Shown here: positions 31,974 through 42,324 of the stretch, piece by piece
Layout: every line of letters begins with the position of its first letter
Numbering within the stretch: the stretch's first letter is position 1
Source of the DNA: Nitrospirota bacterium
GTDB lineage: Bacteria; Nitrospirota; UBA9217
DNA length: 64,000 nucleotides
Direction: 5' to 3'
NCBI GenBank assembly: GCA_963741205.1
Contig: CAVUHW010000015.1
Location: 128,001 to 192,000 of the forward strand
Translations under genes and position numbers: made by a program
Notes under the pieces: model-generated
What the model was told of the DNA's origin: nothing
Databases searched by the model: none
Seen by the model: only the letters and a program-made list of their open reading frames with translations

Positions 31974-33878
31974 ATGTCGATCAAGGAAGCGAAGGAAAAG
32001 GAATTTGACGCGCAGAAGCAGTCGATCCATCCCGATGCCTGGGCAATGCTCGACAAAGCAAGGAAGGATGGCGTGGAAACGGCCTGGGACCGGCTGCAGA
32101 CGCAGACCCCCCACTGTACGTTCTGCGACCTCGGCCTGACGTGCAAAAACTGTATCATGGGGCCCTGCCGCATAAGTCCCAAAAAGGACGGCAAAATGCA
32201 GCGGGGCGTGTGCGGGGCCGATGCTGATGTCATTGTTGCACGGAATCTCGGCAGGTTCATCGCCGGAGGGGCAGCAGGCCACTCCGATCACGGCCGCGAC
32301 CTGATTGAGACCCTCGAGGCTGTTGTCGAGGGCCATGCGGAAGGCTACACGATCCGCGATGAGCCGAAGCTGCGGCGGCTTGCCCAAGAGTTGGGGATCA
32401 AAACGGAAGGCAGGGGATTGATGGCTGTGGCCGAGGACTTCGTGGAAGAATGCTTCAAGGACTTCGGCAGCAGGAGAAAAGAAGTCGCTTTTCTGAAGCG
32501 GGCCCCGGAAAAGCGAAGGGAGATATGGAAGAAGCTCGGCATGACCCCCCGCGGCGTTGACCGCGAGATCGCCGAAATGATGCACCGCACCCACATGGGC
32601 TGCGACAACGACGCAACAAACACCCTTGTCCACGCGGCGCGAACGGCCTTGTCCGACGGCTGGTCGGGTTCCATGATCGGCACCGAACTTTCGGACTGCC
32701 TCTTCGGTACCCCGACCCTCCGCAAGGCGCAGGTCAATCTCGGCGTAATTAAAAAAGACCAGGTCAATATTCTCGTGCACGGCCACAACCCGGTGGTGTC
32801 GGAGATGATTCTGATGGCGGTGAACGACGTCGACCTGATCGCCCTGGCCGCTGAAAAAGGCGCTGTGGGCATCAACCTCGCGGGTCTGTGCTGCACAGGC
32901 AATGAACTGCTGATGCGCCAGGGCATTCCCATTGCGGGCAACCACCTGATGACCGAACTTGCCATTGTGACCGGCGCGGTGGAGGCCGTGGTGGTGGACT
33001 ACCAGTGCATCATGCCGAGCCTGGTCCAAGTCTCCGCCTGCTATCATACCAAGTTTATCACCACCTCGGAAAAGGCGCGGTTTACCGGCGCTGTCCACTA
33101 CGAGGTTAAGCCGCACAACGCGCGTGAACAGGCCCGAGCCATCGTCCGGCTGGCGATCGAGGGCTTCGAGAAGCGCGACCAGTCGCGCGTCGAGATCCCC
33201 GGCGAGCCCGTGGATATTATGACCGGGTTTTCCAACGAGGCGATCCTCGCGGCCCTCGGTGGCACGCTGACCCCGATCATCGATGCGGTCAAAGCGGGCA
33301 AGGTCCGCGGCATCGTCGGCGTGGTGGGCTGCAACAATCCAAAGATCAAGCAGGACTCGGCCAACGTCACCCTTATCAAGGAGCTGATCAAAAAAGACAT
33401 CCTTGTCCTGGTGACCGGATGCTGCACCCCGGCGGCAGGCAAGGCAGGACTCCTCGTTCCAGAAGGCATCGAGATGGCCGGGCCTGGGCTCAAAGAAATT
33501 TGCGGCGCCCTCGGCATACCGCCGGTGCTTCACGTCGGGAGCTGCGTGGACAATTCAAGGATATTGCAGCTCTGCGGTCTTGTGGCAAACGAACTGGGCG
33601 TTGATATCTCCGATTTGCCAGTCGGAGCATCGTCGCCGGAATGGTACTCGGAAAAGGCGGCAGCCATCGGCACCTATGCCGTGGCGTCGGGCATCTACAC
33701 CCATCTCGGCCTGCCGCCCAACGTCCTGGGCTCGAAGACCGTTACCGATATCCTCCTGAACGGGCTCGAAGGCCTGGTCGGAGCGTCCTTTGTCGTTGAA
33801 CCGGACCCGGTCAAGGGCGCGGTCCTTCTCGATGCGCGGATAGCGAAAAAGAGGGTCGCCCTCGGTCTCACGCCGTAG
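31974..33878 (+). CDS. cooS: Anaerobic Ni-Fe carbon monoxide dehydrogenase catalytic subunit
   Basis: CTFC...CKNCIMGPC, GVCG, HGHNP, LCCTGNE, DYQC, GCNNPK, TGC, GSCVD, SEKA; SD ggaggg before ATG 31974. Confidence 0.97.
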   Translation: MSIKEAKEKEFDAQKQSIHPDAWAMLDKARKDGVETAWDRLQTQTPHCTFCDLGLTCKNCIMGPCRISPKKDGKMQRGVCGADADVIVARNLGRFIAGGAAGHSDHGRDLIETLEAVVEGHAEGYTIRDEPKLRRLAQELGIKTEGRGLMAVAEDFVEECFKDFGSRRKEVAFLKRAPEKRREIWKKLGMTPRGVDREIAEMMHRTHMGCDNDATNTLVHAARTALSDGWSGSMIGTELSDCLFGTPTLRKAQVNLGVIKKDQVNILVHGHNPVVSEMILMAVNDVDLIALAAEKGAVGINLAGLCCTGNELLMRQGIPIAGNHLMTELAIVTGAVEAVVVDYQCIMPSLVQVSACYHTKFITTSEKARFTGAVHYEVKPHNAREQARAIVRLAIEGFEKRDQSRVEIPGEPVDIMTGFSNEAILAALGGTLTPIIDAVKAGKVRGIVGVVGCNNPKIKQDSANVTLIKELIKKDILVLVTGCCTPAAGKAGLLVPEGIEMAGPGLKEICGALGIPPVLHVGSCVDNSRILQLCGLVANELGVDISDLPVGASSPEWYSEKAAAIGTYAVASGIYTHLGLPPNVLGSKTVTDILLNGLEGLVGASFVVEPDPVKGAVLLDARIAKKRVALGLTP

Positions 33879-33994
33879 CATTTAATCCGGAGATTGAATG
33901 CAGGGTCCGCCCGTCATATTGCGGGAGGTGAACCGGGAGGTGTTCGACATCTCTTGCAAGTCGCCGAGTACGATCGAGTGGGAGTAATTTTTTA

Positions 33995-34117
33995 CCGCAG
34001 AGAGCACAGAGAAAATCGAAGAGCAAAATAAGATTAAACCGCTGGGGCGCAAGGGTCGCGAAGTAGTTTCTTGAAAAAGAACCTGCTTCCCTTTGCGCTC
34101 TTTGCGTTTTTGCGGTA
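33995..34117. repeat. 8/9-mer periodic palindrome elements
   Basis: cgcagagag-cacagag arm; cgcaagggt-cgcgaag arm inverted to ctttgcgct-ctttgcgt-ttttgcgg; related to 1487-1599. Confidence 0.6.
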
Positions 34118-34167
34118 AAATTTTATTTTCATTGGCAACGCAGGGCCGGGAAAGGTAAACAAACACG

Positions 34168-34347
34168 ATGACCGCCGTTGATTTCATTCTTATAGGTCTT
34201 GCCGCAGTCGCAGGCGGTATGGTGAACGCGCTCGCGGGCGGAGGCACGCTGATCACGTTCCCCATGCTTACCGCGGTCGGCGTTCCGCCGGTTGCGGCGA
34301 ACGTGACGAACACGGTCGGCCGCCATCTACTTTGTGCGTTGAACTGA
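34168..34347 (+). pseudogene. Truncated TauE/SafE (TSUP) transporter, N-terminal ~50 aa only
   Basis: [50 protein letters not shown] then unrelated sequence and a stop. Confidence 0.75.
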
Positions 34348-34413
34348 TTGAGGGTATAATTATAAGGAGCGGGCGGAAGGGCCGGCGTTATCTTTACCGA
34401 GGGAGGGGCTGTC

Positions 34414-35088
34414 ATGAAACGTGTCTTTTTTGCAATTATGGCGGCATTGCTGCTGAGCATGTTGAGTGGAGGTGCACTGGCCCAGGAAAAGGCGGGGGTG
34501 GAAGTGGGGCTCAAGATGTTTCTGAACCAGTGGACAGTGAGCGCCCCGGGCGCGTCGGACGTCTCATCGGATAGCACGATGCTTCTCGGGCCGGCTGTCG
34601 AAATCAAGTTCAACAATCCTTTTTTTGCGGCAGCACAGTACCTTGTTTCCACCTCCGATTATAGATTCAACGACCCGAATTTCAAGTCCAACCGGCAGGA
34701 TGCGGAAATCGCAATCGGCTACTTTGTCATTCCCGGTTTCGGACTTGTGGCGGGATACAAGAACTCATCGGCGCAGAACAGGGTATCAGGATCGAGATCG
34801 ACTCTGGACGGACCGCTTCTCGGGATACTGGGAATAGCGCAGGCTGACCAGTTCCTTTCATTCTACGGCAAGCTCGACTATCTCTTCACCCGGTTTAAGG
34901 GGTCGGATGCCTTGGGCGAATTTCGGGAAGACAGCCCGGGATGGATATTCGAATTCGGCCTCAGGTATGCTTTTACCAAGGCATTCCTGGGCGATATAGG
35001 CTATCGGTACGAAACGAACAAAGGAGTCGATACAGGTTTCCGGGACACCTTTTCGGGGTTGACCTTAAGCGGGATGCTCACGTTTTAG
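34414..35088 (+). CDS. Outer-membrane beta-barrel protein
   Basis: Signal peptide, alternating amphipathic strands, C-terminal Phe. Confidence 0.7.
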   Translation: MKRVFFAIMAALLLSMLSGGALAQEKAGVEVGLKMFLNQWTVSAPGASDVSSDSTMLLGPAVEIKFNNPFFAAAQYLVSTSDYRFNDPNFKSNRQDAEIAIGYFVIPGFGLVAGYKNSSAQNRVSGSRSTLDGPLLGILGIAQADQFLSFYGKLDYLFTRFKGSDALGEFREDSPGWIFEFGLRYAFTKAFLGDIGYRYETNKGVDTGFRDTFSGLTLSGMLTF

Positions 35089-35126
35089 CAGTTGAAGTGT
35101 CCCCGAAGCGGAGAAGGTGAAAAGGT

Positions 35127-35519
35127 CTAGTCGTTCGTCTTCGGCGTTAAGGAGTCGAACTCCGCTCCGAACTGGCTCGCCGCGGAGACGCCGACTTCCT
35201 GCAGCATGCGCGCGTGGGTTTTCTTGACGAGGTCGACCGAGACGGCGAGCCCCTTGGCCACATCTTCAAGGCTCTGTCTCTTCTCGAAGTGGCGTTCGGC
35301 GATCATGATCTTCAGGAAATCCACCTGGATCATCGATTTTAATTCGGGGTCTTCGATGGCATAGCTTTCATAGGCCTGCTGGAGCGTTTTGCCGGAGGCC
35401 ACGGCCTCGCGAAAGCTTTTCACCGCCTCTTCGTAGATCCGGTTCTCCTCGGGCGTGAACTCTTTGAAGCTGAACTCGGGCATGTCTGTTTTTTTCTTCT
35501 GCTTGTCTCTCTTTTTCAT
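35127..35519 (-). CDS. Hypothetical protein
   Basis: Coding-like ORF co-oriented with grx-ftr; DFLKIMIAERHF. Confidence 0.65.
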   Translation of the reverse strand: MKKRDKQKKKTDMPEFSFKEFTPEENRIYEEAVKSFREAVASGKTLQQAYESYAIEDPELKSMIQVDFLKIMIAERHFEKRQSLEDVAKGLAVSVDLVKKTHARMLQEVGVSAASQFGAEFDSLTPKTND

Positions 35520-35567
35520 CTTTCGATTTCCTTATGCTTGATACCAGTATCCAGAATCTTTCTACCC

Positions 35568-35900
35568 TCACATCACCCGCTTTTCCCTCGGCCTCCGCTC
35601 GGGCACCTGAACGTGTTCGACGGCCCCTTCGTTCCACGCGGCGGATACGTAGAGACCGCAGAAGCAGCTTCCGAATTCCTTGATATCGGGGTCCCGGTAC
35701 ACGCAGGGGCAGACGATGTCCTTGTCCTTTTCTTTGACGCCCCAGGCCAGGCGGCAGGGGCAGGAACGGTAACCGTACCTCGCCTCGTTCGCGAGCAGTC
35801 CCTGCAGGATGTCCATAACGAAGGGCTTGTCCTTGTTCAGGCGAATACCCTGGGACTCGGCATACTTCGAAAGGATGTCATGAAGTTTATCGGGGGTCAC
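35568..35900 (-). CDS. Ferredoxin:thioredoxin/glutaredoxin reductase catalytic subunit
   Basis: RYGYRSCPCR, IVCPCVY, GSCFCGLY. Confidence 0.9.
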   Translation of the reverse strand: MTPDKLHDILSKYAESQGIRLNKDKPFVMDILQGLLANEARYGYRSCPCRLAWGVKEKDKDIVCPCVYRDPDIKEFGSCFCGLYVSAAWNEGAVEHVQVPERRPREKRVM

Positions 35901-36160
35901 GGGAGGTCCAATGCCTTTTTGATCTTTTCTTCGTTAAAACCGACGATGACGGCGTCGCCGATGCAGATGGTCGGAAAACTGCAATCAGGGTTCAGCTTTC
36001 TCACCTCGTCCATGATCGCAGCCCGTTCCGCGCCGTCCAACAGGTCTACGTCGGTGAACTCCACGATGATCCCCATGTCCTTAAAAAATCGCTTCGTCCT
36101 GTGGCAATGAGAACAGGTGCTTAAGGTAAAGCATCTTATTGAAGGTTTGGCTGATGGCAT
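35897..36160 (-). CDS. Glutaredoxin (NrdH-like)
   Basis: LSTCSHC, NPDCSFPT, IVGF; 4-nt overlap with the reductase gene. Confidence 0.88.
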   Translation of the reverse strand: MPSAKPSIRCFTLSTCSHCHRTKRFFKDMGIIVEFTDVDLLDGAERAAIMDEVRKLNPDCSFPTICIGDAVIVGFNEEKIKKALDLP

Positions 36161-36287
36161 AACAACATTCTCCTTAGGGAAAGTGTCTGACAATATACCA
36201 TGACAAAGCTCTCCATGCAATCGATTTTGACACAATCAGTACAGGCCCGCCTTGACTCTCTCTCGGCATCCATGGGATAATAATTCC

Positions 36288-36854
36288 ATGAAGCAATTCT
36301 TCTGTATAATGAGCGTTGCGCTTCTCATCACCGCCTGCTCGCCGGTGTTGAGCCGCGAGTTGATGCGTCAAGGCTCGCTCGACGTCCCTCTGAACCAGCT
36401 CCGGGAGACGCCCGACAACTACAAGGGCAGGCTTTATATTCTCGGCGGCGTGATCGTGAACACCCGGCTGACGGACAGGGAGTCCCAGATCGAGGCGCTG
36501 TACTATCCGGTGGACTCCTACGGGTATCTGAAAGAAGGGGCGCGCGCGGAGGGCAGGTTTGTTGCCGTCTACCCGAGGTCACGAGGAATGCTCGACCCCG
36601 AAGTTTTCAAGAGAGGCAGGGAGATAACCCTCGCGGGCGAGTTCCTCGAAACGATAAAGGGAAAGATCGATGAGATGGAATACGCCTATCCGGTTTTCGA
36701 GATCAGGCAAATCTATCTCTGGGACGAGGAGAGGTACAGACCGTATTCTTCGTACTACTACCCCTACTACCCTTACTACAACAACTATCCGTTTCTCTAC
36801 GACCCCTGGGGGCGGCCCTATCCGAACCCGTTCTGGACCATGCCGCCGTGGTGA
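36288..36854 (+). CDS. Slp-family outer-membrane lipoprotein
   Basis: Lipobox LITAC, LGGVIV, GRF, LDPEVF..GREITLAG, YAYPV, YLW, Tyr/Pro tail. Confidence 0.85.
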   Translation: MKQFFCIMSVALLITACSPVLSRELMRQGSLDVPLNQLRETPDNYKGRLYILGGVIVNTRLTDRESQIEALYYPVDSYGYLKEGARAEGRFVAVYPRSRGMLDPEVFKRGREITLAGEFLETIKGKIDEMEYAYPVFEIRQIYLWDEERYRPYSSYYYPYYPYYNNYPFLYDPWGRPYPNPFWTMPPW

Positions 36855-36966
36855 GGAGCCCTCGCTTGCCATAAGGAGCACGAAGCAGGGATAGGAAGGT
36901 GCGCGTCGTAAACGCTGTGTAATCCCTTCATGATTTCCGGCATGGGAGCCGGCGTTACTCCACCTG

Positions 36967-38544
36967 CTACTTCACCATCACGGTTCTTTTCTTCCAGTTC
37001 CTTCCCTTGGCTGGGAAGTCGCTCCTGAAGTGCGCGCCCACGCTTCCTTTGCGCCGGAGGGCTGACCGGGTGATCAGCGTGGCCGCGGTGATCATATTCC
37101 TGAGTTCGAAGAAGTTCCGGCCCGGTCCGAAGTCCTTCATCGCCCGGTCCCATTCGCTGAGTTGCTTGAGCGCACCGGTAAGGTCCTTTGCGTTTCTCAC
37201 GATCCCGACTTTTTCCCACATGAGCTTTTTCAGCGAAGCCCTGACTTCGACCGCCAGCGCCGAAGCCTGCTTGGACCCTGGTTCCATGCCCTTTCTCCGC
37301 CCCGTCAACCGCGGCTCCGGTGCAATGCGCCGGGGCTGTTTCCGGGCATATCGGGCAGCAGCGAGTCCCGCCCGCTCTCCGAATACCAGTCCTTCCAGGA
37401 GCGAGTTGCTCGCCAGGCGGTTCGCGCCGTGGACGCCCGTGCAGGCCGTTTCGCCCGCTGTAAAGAGGCCGGGGATGCTGGTGGCGCCCCAGAGGTCGGT
37501 CTTGACGCCGCCCATGAAGTAGTGGGCGGCGGGAGAGACCGGGATGGGCTCGCGGGCAATGTCGATGCCGAGGTCTTTGCAGGTCCGGTAGATGCGGGGA
37601 AAGCGCCGGATTATGTAGCCGGCGTTCAGGTGCGTCACATCGAGATAGACGTGGTTCGATTTTGTCTCGACCATCTCGGACTGGATTGCGCGGGTGACCA
37701 CGTCGCGCGGCGCGAGCTCCCTTGCCGGGTGGTAGCGGTCCATGAACCGCTCGCCGCTCGCGTTCCGGAGCATGCCGCCTTCGCCGCGCATGGCCTCGGA
37801 GAGCAGGAACTGCGGCGCGCCCTGGCGAAAGAGCGCCGTGGGATGGAACTGGACGAACTCCATGTCGATGAGCGCCGCGCCCGCCCGGTACGCCATCGCG
37901 ATGCCGTCGGCGGTCGCGACGGCCGGGTTCGTGGTCCGCTCGTAGAGCTGGCCCGCGCCGCCCGTGGCCAGGAGCACGGCGCGCGCCGAGATGACAAGGA
38001 CCTTCTTGAGCGCCTGCTGGCACACGACCGCGCCGATGCATCGTCCGTCCCGGATGATCAGGTCTCGCGTAAAGGCGAAGTCGATCTTCGATACCGTGCC
38101 CGAGGAGCGCACCTTGTCGATCAAGACCCGCATGATCTCATGTCCCGTCGAGTCTCCCTGGGCATGGAGGATCCTTCGCTTCGAATGCGCCGCCTCCTGC
38201 GTGAAGGCGAGTTTCGTGCCCTCCCGGTCGAACTCGGCGCCCCACAGGATGAGCTCGCGGATGCGGGTGGGCCCCTCTTCTACGAGCGTGCTGACCGCTT
38301 TCCGGAGGCAGAGCCCGTCGCCAGCCTTGATCGTGTCTTCAAAATGGATCGATATCTCGTCCTCGTCCGAGAGCGCGACGGCCACGCCGCCCTGGGCGTA
38401 CTCGCTGCTGCTCTCGGACGGCGCGTCCTTGGTCACCACGAGGACCTCGCCGCTGCGCGCGAGTTCCACTGCCGCGCGGAGACCCGCAACACCCCCGCCG
38501 ATGATCAGGAAATCAGTTTGTATGTGCTCTTCGGTGTAGTTCAT
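36967..38544 (-). CDS. nadB: L-aspartate oxidase
   Basis: YAQGGVA, EAAHSKRRILHA, EFVQFHPT, SEAMRGEG, ELAPRD, HGANRLASNSLLE. Confidence 0.96.
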   Translation of the reverse strand: MNYTEEHIQTDFLIIGGGVAGLRAAVELARSGEVLVVTKDAPSESSSEYAQGGVAVALSDEDEISIHFEDTIKAGDGLCLRKAVSTLVEEGPTRIRELILWGAEFDREGTKLAFTQEAAHSKRRILHAQGDSTGHEIMRVLIDKVRSSGTVSKIDFAFTRDLIIRDGRCIGAVVCQQALKKVLVISARAVLLATGGAGQLYERTTNPAVATADGIAMAYRAGAALIDMEFVQFHPTALFRQGAPQFLLSEAMRGEGGMLRNASGERFMDRYHPARELAPRDVVTRAIQSEMVETKSNHVYLDVTHLNAGYIIRRFPRIYRTCKDLGIDIAREPIPVSPAAHYFMGGVKTDLWGATSIPGLFTAGETACTGVHGANRLASNSLLEGLVFGERAGLAAARYARKQPRRIAPEPRLTGRRKGMEPGSKQASALAVEVRASLKKLMWEKVGIVRNAKDLTGALKQLSEWDRAMKDFGPGRNFFELRNMITAATLITRSALRRKGSVGAHFRSDFPAKGRNWKKRTVMVK

Positions 38545-38605
38545 GTCTATGGGTTATGAGTTTCACCCTGCACTCGCGCGAAGCACTCGTAAGCGCTGGG
38601 CGCAG

Positions 38606-38680
38606 GCGGGTTGCGGGCTGCGGGTTTTAACTCGCAACTCGTAACCCGCAACTCGCAACATTGAACTTGAACTCTGAACT
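38606..38680. repeat. Heptamer periodic palindrome upstream of nadB
   Basis: (gcgggtt)x3 / (aactcgc)x4, then gaactt/gaactct units. Confidence 0.8.
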
Positions 38681-39155
38681 ATGGTTTATGCTCCGGCGTC
38701 TCTCCCGGCTGGGCGGGGAAGGGGTTTTTCCCGTCGATGGAAATCAGCTTAAAACTGCCCGGATCGAAGACCAGTGTCACCCTGCCGCCGTCCTTCAGGG
38801 CGCCTCCCTTCGAGGACAGCCATTCCGCGTCCCAGGTAAACGTCGTCCTGATCGGCCCCTTGTCTTCGATCAGGATGAGCATCTTGGCGTACTGGATGTT
38901 GAAATGAATGGTCTCGTACTTCGCGAAGACCTCGGTGAGGGATTTTGTGAACGTCGTCCTGTTGGGAAAGCTTGCGGACACATCGGACATGAAGGTGTCG
39001 AGGTCTTTCTGCTCGTAAGCTTTATTCATTCCTCTCAGGACGGAAAGGACGTTCTTGCTTTTTACGGCGGCCTGCTCGGGCGGCTTTTTGCTGCTGCAGG
39101 CCGGAAAAGAGATGAGCATGGCGAAGACGGCAGCAAGAGCAAGAATGCGGTTCAT
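38679..39155 (-). CDS. Hypothetical lipoprotein (NTF2/SnoaL-like pattern)
   Basis: Signal peptide with FPAC lipobox; AYEQKDLDTFMS. Confidence 0.7.
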   Translation of the reverse strand: MNRILALAAVFAMLISFPACSSKKPPEQAAVKSKNVLSVLRGMNKAYEQKDLDTFMSDVSASFPNRTTFTKSLTEVFAKYETIHFNIQYAKMLILIEDKGPIRTTFTWDAEWLSSKGGALKDGGRVTLVFDPGSFKLISIDGKNPFPAQPGETPEHKP

Positions 39156-39180
39156 GGGGCCTCCGGATGATTCGGATTGA

Positions 39181-39285
39181 GAGTCTCAAGTTGCGAGTCT
39201 CAAGTTTCAAGTTAAGAATGCAGTATTAGAACTAGCCTTTTGAATGTCGTTTTTTGCATTTCAGCTTGAGACTTGAAACTTGAGA
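39181..39285. repeat. Heptamer periodic palindrome downstream of uvrA
   Basis: gagtctc aagttgc gagtctc aagtttc aagtt ... gcttgag acttgaa acttgag. Confidence 0.8.
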
Positions 39286-39296
39286 TCAGGATTCGT

Positions 39297-42103
39297 TTAT
39301 AGTATTTTCTTCAGAAACTGCCCGGTGTACGATTCTTTCGACTTGGCAACGTCCTCGGGCGCGCCCTGGATGACGATCTGGCCGCCGCGGTCTCCCCCTT
39401 CGGGGCCCAGGTCGATGATCCAGTCCGCTGTCTTAATGACATCGAGATTGTGCTCGATCACGACGACCGTGTTGCCTGCGTTCACCAGTTGGTTCAGCAT
39501 GTCCAGGAGTTTCTGCGTGTCGGCGAAGTGAAGGCCCGTCGTGGGCTCGTCCAGGATATAAAAAGTGCGGCCCGTTGCGCGGCGCGAGAGTTCCTTCGAG
39601 AGCTTCACGCGCTGCGACTCGCCGCCCGAGAGGGTCGTGGCGGACTGGCCAAGGGTTATATAGCCCAGCCCCACGTCCAGGAGCGTCTGGAGCTTGGACT
39701 TCACCGGAGGAACGTTCTGAAAGAATTCATGGGCCTGCTCCACGGTCATGGCGAGCACGTCTGCGATGCTCTTCCCCTTGAACTTGATGTCGAGGGTCTC
39801 GCGGTTATAGCGGCTGCCGTGGCAAACGTCGCAGGTTACGTACACGTCGGGAAGGAAGTGCATCTCGATCTTGATGAGCCCGTCGCCCTCGCAGGCCTCG
39901 CACCTGCCGCCCTTGACGTTGAAGCTGTAGCGGCCGGGCTTGTACCCGCGCATGCGCGAGTCCGGAAGCTGCGCAAAGAGGTCGCGCACGGGCCCGAACA
40001 CGCCGGTGTAGGTCGCGGGATTGGAGCGGGGCGTCCTGCCGATGGGGGACTGGTCGATGTCGATCACCTTGTCGATGTGCTCCAGGCCCTTGATGTCCTT
40101 GTGCCTGCCGGCGCGCTCCGTGGAGCGGTAGAGGCGCTGCGCGAGGGCGCGGTACAGGATGTCCACGACCAGCGTGCTCTTGCCCGACCCCGACACGCCC
40201 GTCACGCAGGTGAAAACGCCCAGGGGGAACTTGACCGTAATATTCTTGAGGTTGTTCTCGGACGCCTCGACGACGCTGATGGATTTCTCGGAGTTCCTGC
40301 GGAGCGGCGGCACCTCGATGAAGGCCTTTCCCGAAAGGTACTGCCCGGTGAGCGAATGTTCGATCCGCTGGACCTCTTCCGGCGTGCCCTGGGCCACGAT
40401 CTCCCCGCCGTGCACGCCGGCCCCCGGGCCCATGTCGATCACGTGGTCGGCGGAGCGGATGGTCTCCTCGTCGTGCTCCACCACGAGCACGGTATTGCCG
40501 AGGTCGCGGAGGCGGAACAGGGTGTCGAGGAGCCTGCGGTTGTCCCGCTGGTGCAGGCCGATCGAGGGCTCGTCCAGAATGTACAAGACGCCGACCAGGG
40601 ACGATCCGATCTGCGTGGCGAGGCGGATGCGCTGGCCTTCGCCCCCGGAGAGGGTGGCCGAACCGCGGTCCAGGGTGAGGTAATCGAGGCCCACGTGCAC
40701 CATGAACCCGAGACGCTCCCGGATCTCCTTCAGGATCCGCTGGGCGATGGCGGTGTCCTTTTCCGTGAGCGTGATACCACCGAAGAAGGCGAGCGCCTGC
40801 TTGATGCTCATGCGCGTCACCTCGTCGATGCCGAGGCCCGCCACCTTGATTGAAAGCGATTCTTTCCTCAAGCGGCTCCCGCCGCAGTCCGGGCAGGTCT
40901 GGTAGCTCATGTACTGTTCGAGCTCCCACTGGGTGGCGAAGGAGTCGGTCTCGTCGTACCGCCTGCTTCAGGATTTGAAGGATACCCTCGAAGGGTTCGC
41001 AAGCCGCGGCCTTCCCGGTCCGTCCTGACACCGATTTCACGACCGCCCTCGTCCATGCCGAAAAGGAGGGCCTTCTGCTGGGCCGGCTTCAGCTCCTTCC
41101 ACGGCCGGTTCACGTCAAAGCCGCAGCCCTGCGCGAGCGAATCGAGCATCTGGAAATACTGGAACGACGTGCGCTTGGCCCAGGGCTTGATCGCCCCTTC
41201 CCGGAGCGAGAGGTTGGGGTTCGGGACGATAAGGTCGGGATCGAACTCCAGGAGTCCGCCGAGACCGTCGCAGGTCTGGCACGCCCCCTGGGGGCTGTTG
41301 AAGGAGAAGCTGTTCGGTGCGATCTCGGGGTAGCTGATCCCGTCCACGATGCAGGAGAGCTTCTCGCTGTAGAGCAGGTCCTTCTTCTGGTCCACCAGGT
41401 TCACGAGCACGATGCCGTCGGCCTGGCGGAGCGCGGTCTCGATGGACTCGGCGAGCCTTCGCTCCACGCCGGCCTTCACCACGAGCCGGTCGATCACGAT
41501 CTCGATGTCGTGCTTCTTTTTCTTGTCCATCGGGACCGGCTCGGAAAGCTCCTTGATCACGCCGTCGATCCGCGCACGAACATAGCCCGAGGCGCCCGCG
41601 GCCATGAGCTCCTTCTTATATTCTCCCTTCCTGCCCCGCACGATCGGCGCAAGTACCTGGATGCGGCTGCCCTCGGGCAGGGCCATGACGCTGTCCGTGA
41701 TCTGCTGCACGGTCTGGGCGGCGATCTCCCTTCCGCATTTGTAACAGTAGGGCTTGCCGATCCTCGCGTACAGCAGGCGCAGGTAATCGTACACCTCGGT
41801 CACCGTGCCCACGGTGGAACGGGGGTTCTTGCTCGTCGTCTTCTGCTCGATGGCGATGGCGGGAGAGAGACCGTCGATGGAATCCACGTCCGGCTTGTCC
41901 ATCTGGCCCAGGAACTGGCGGGCGTAGGCAGAGAGGCTCTCGACGTACCGGCGCTGTCCTTCGGCATAGATGGTGTCGAAGGCCAGCGACGATTTGCCGG
42001 AGCCCGAAAGACCGGTGATCACGACGAGCCTGTCCCGCGGGATTTCAAGGTCTATATTCTTGAGGTTGTGCTGACGGCAGCCTTTTAATACGATTTTGTC
42101 CAT
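39297..42103 (-). CDS. uvrA: Excinuclease ABC subunit A; frameshift(s) ~40960-41050
   Basis: [43 protein letters not shown], Zn fingers, LDEPTTGLH. Confidence 0.97.
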
Positions 42104-42295
42104 GAGAATTCGGAAACCTCGGAGGAAAATGTCATTGTACCACCGCCTGTTGCTTGAGTAAAGGACTTTGTCATTCTCAAGGTCCGGACGGATGATGCGG
42201 GTGCTAAGCGTCCCGGATCGTTCCCGCCCGGTCTTGCCGCTCTATTCTATAATTAAAAACCCTGCGCTCATTTATATTATTTATATGCAAAAATC

Positions 42296-42324
42296 TTGAC
42301 AATATTTTTTCATTGTGTTAATTT
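42296..42324 (+). promoter_or_regulatory. Promoter of the atp operon
   Basis: TTGACA-N17-TAATTT with TGn extension and AT-rich upstream tract. Confidence 0.6.

Larger units (their letters stand above)
30905..33987 (+). mobile_element. Relic genomic islet at the guaA 3' end carrying an rcoM-like regulator and cooS
   Basis: 60-bp direct repeats 30905-30964 and 33928-33987 (51/60 identical); no integrase inside. Confidence 0.65.

Noticed and set aside
31899-33533. Long antisense ORFs (544 aa opposite cooS; likewise opposite atpD, atpA, uvrA, nadB, aprA, GT2)
   Set aside because: Shadow ORFs expected from high GC3 codon bias; no motifs or SD.
33882-34652. 256-aa minus-strand ORF
   Set aside because: Antisense mosaic of the guaA repeat, periodic repeats, the tauE fragment and the beta-barrel gene.
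36735-36850. tac/ccc-rich low-complexity tract
   Set aside because: Encodes the Tyr/Pro-rich tail usual for Slp lipoproteins.
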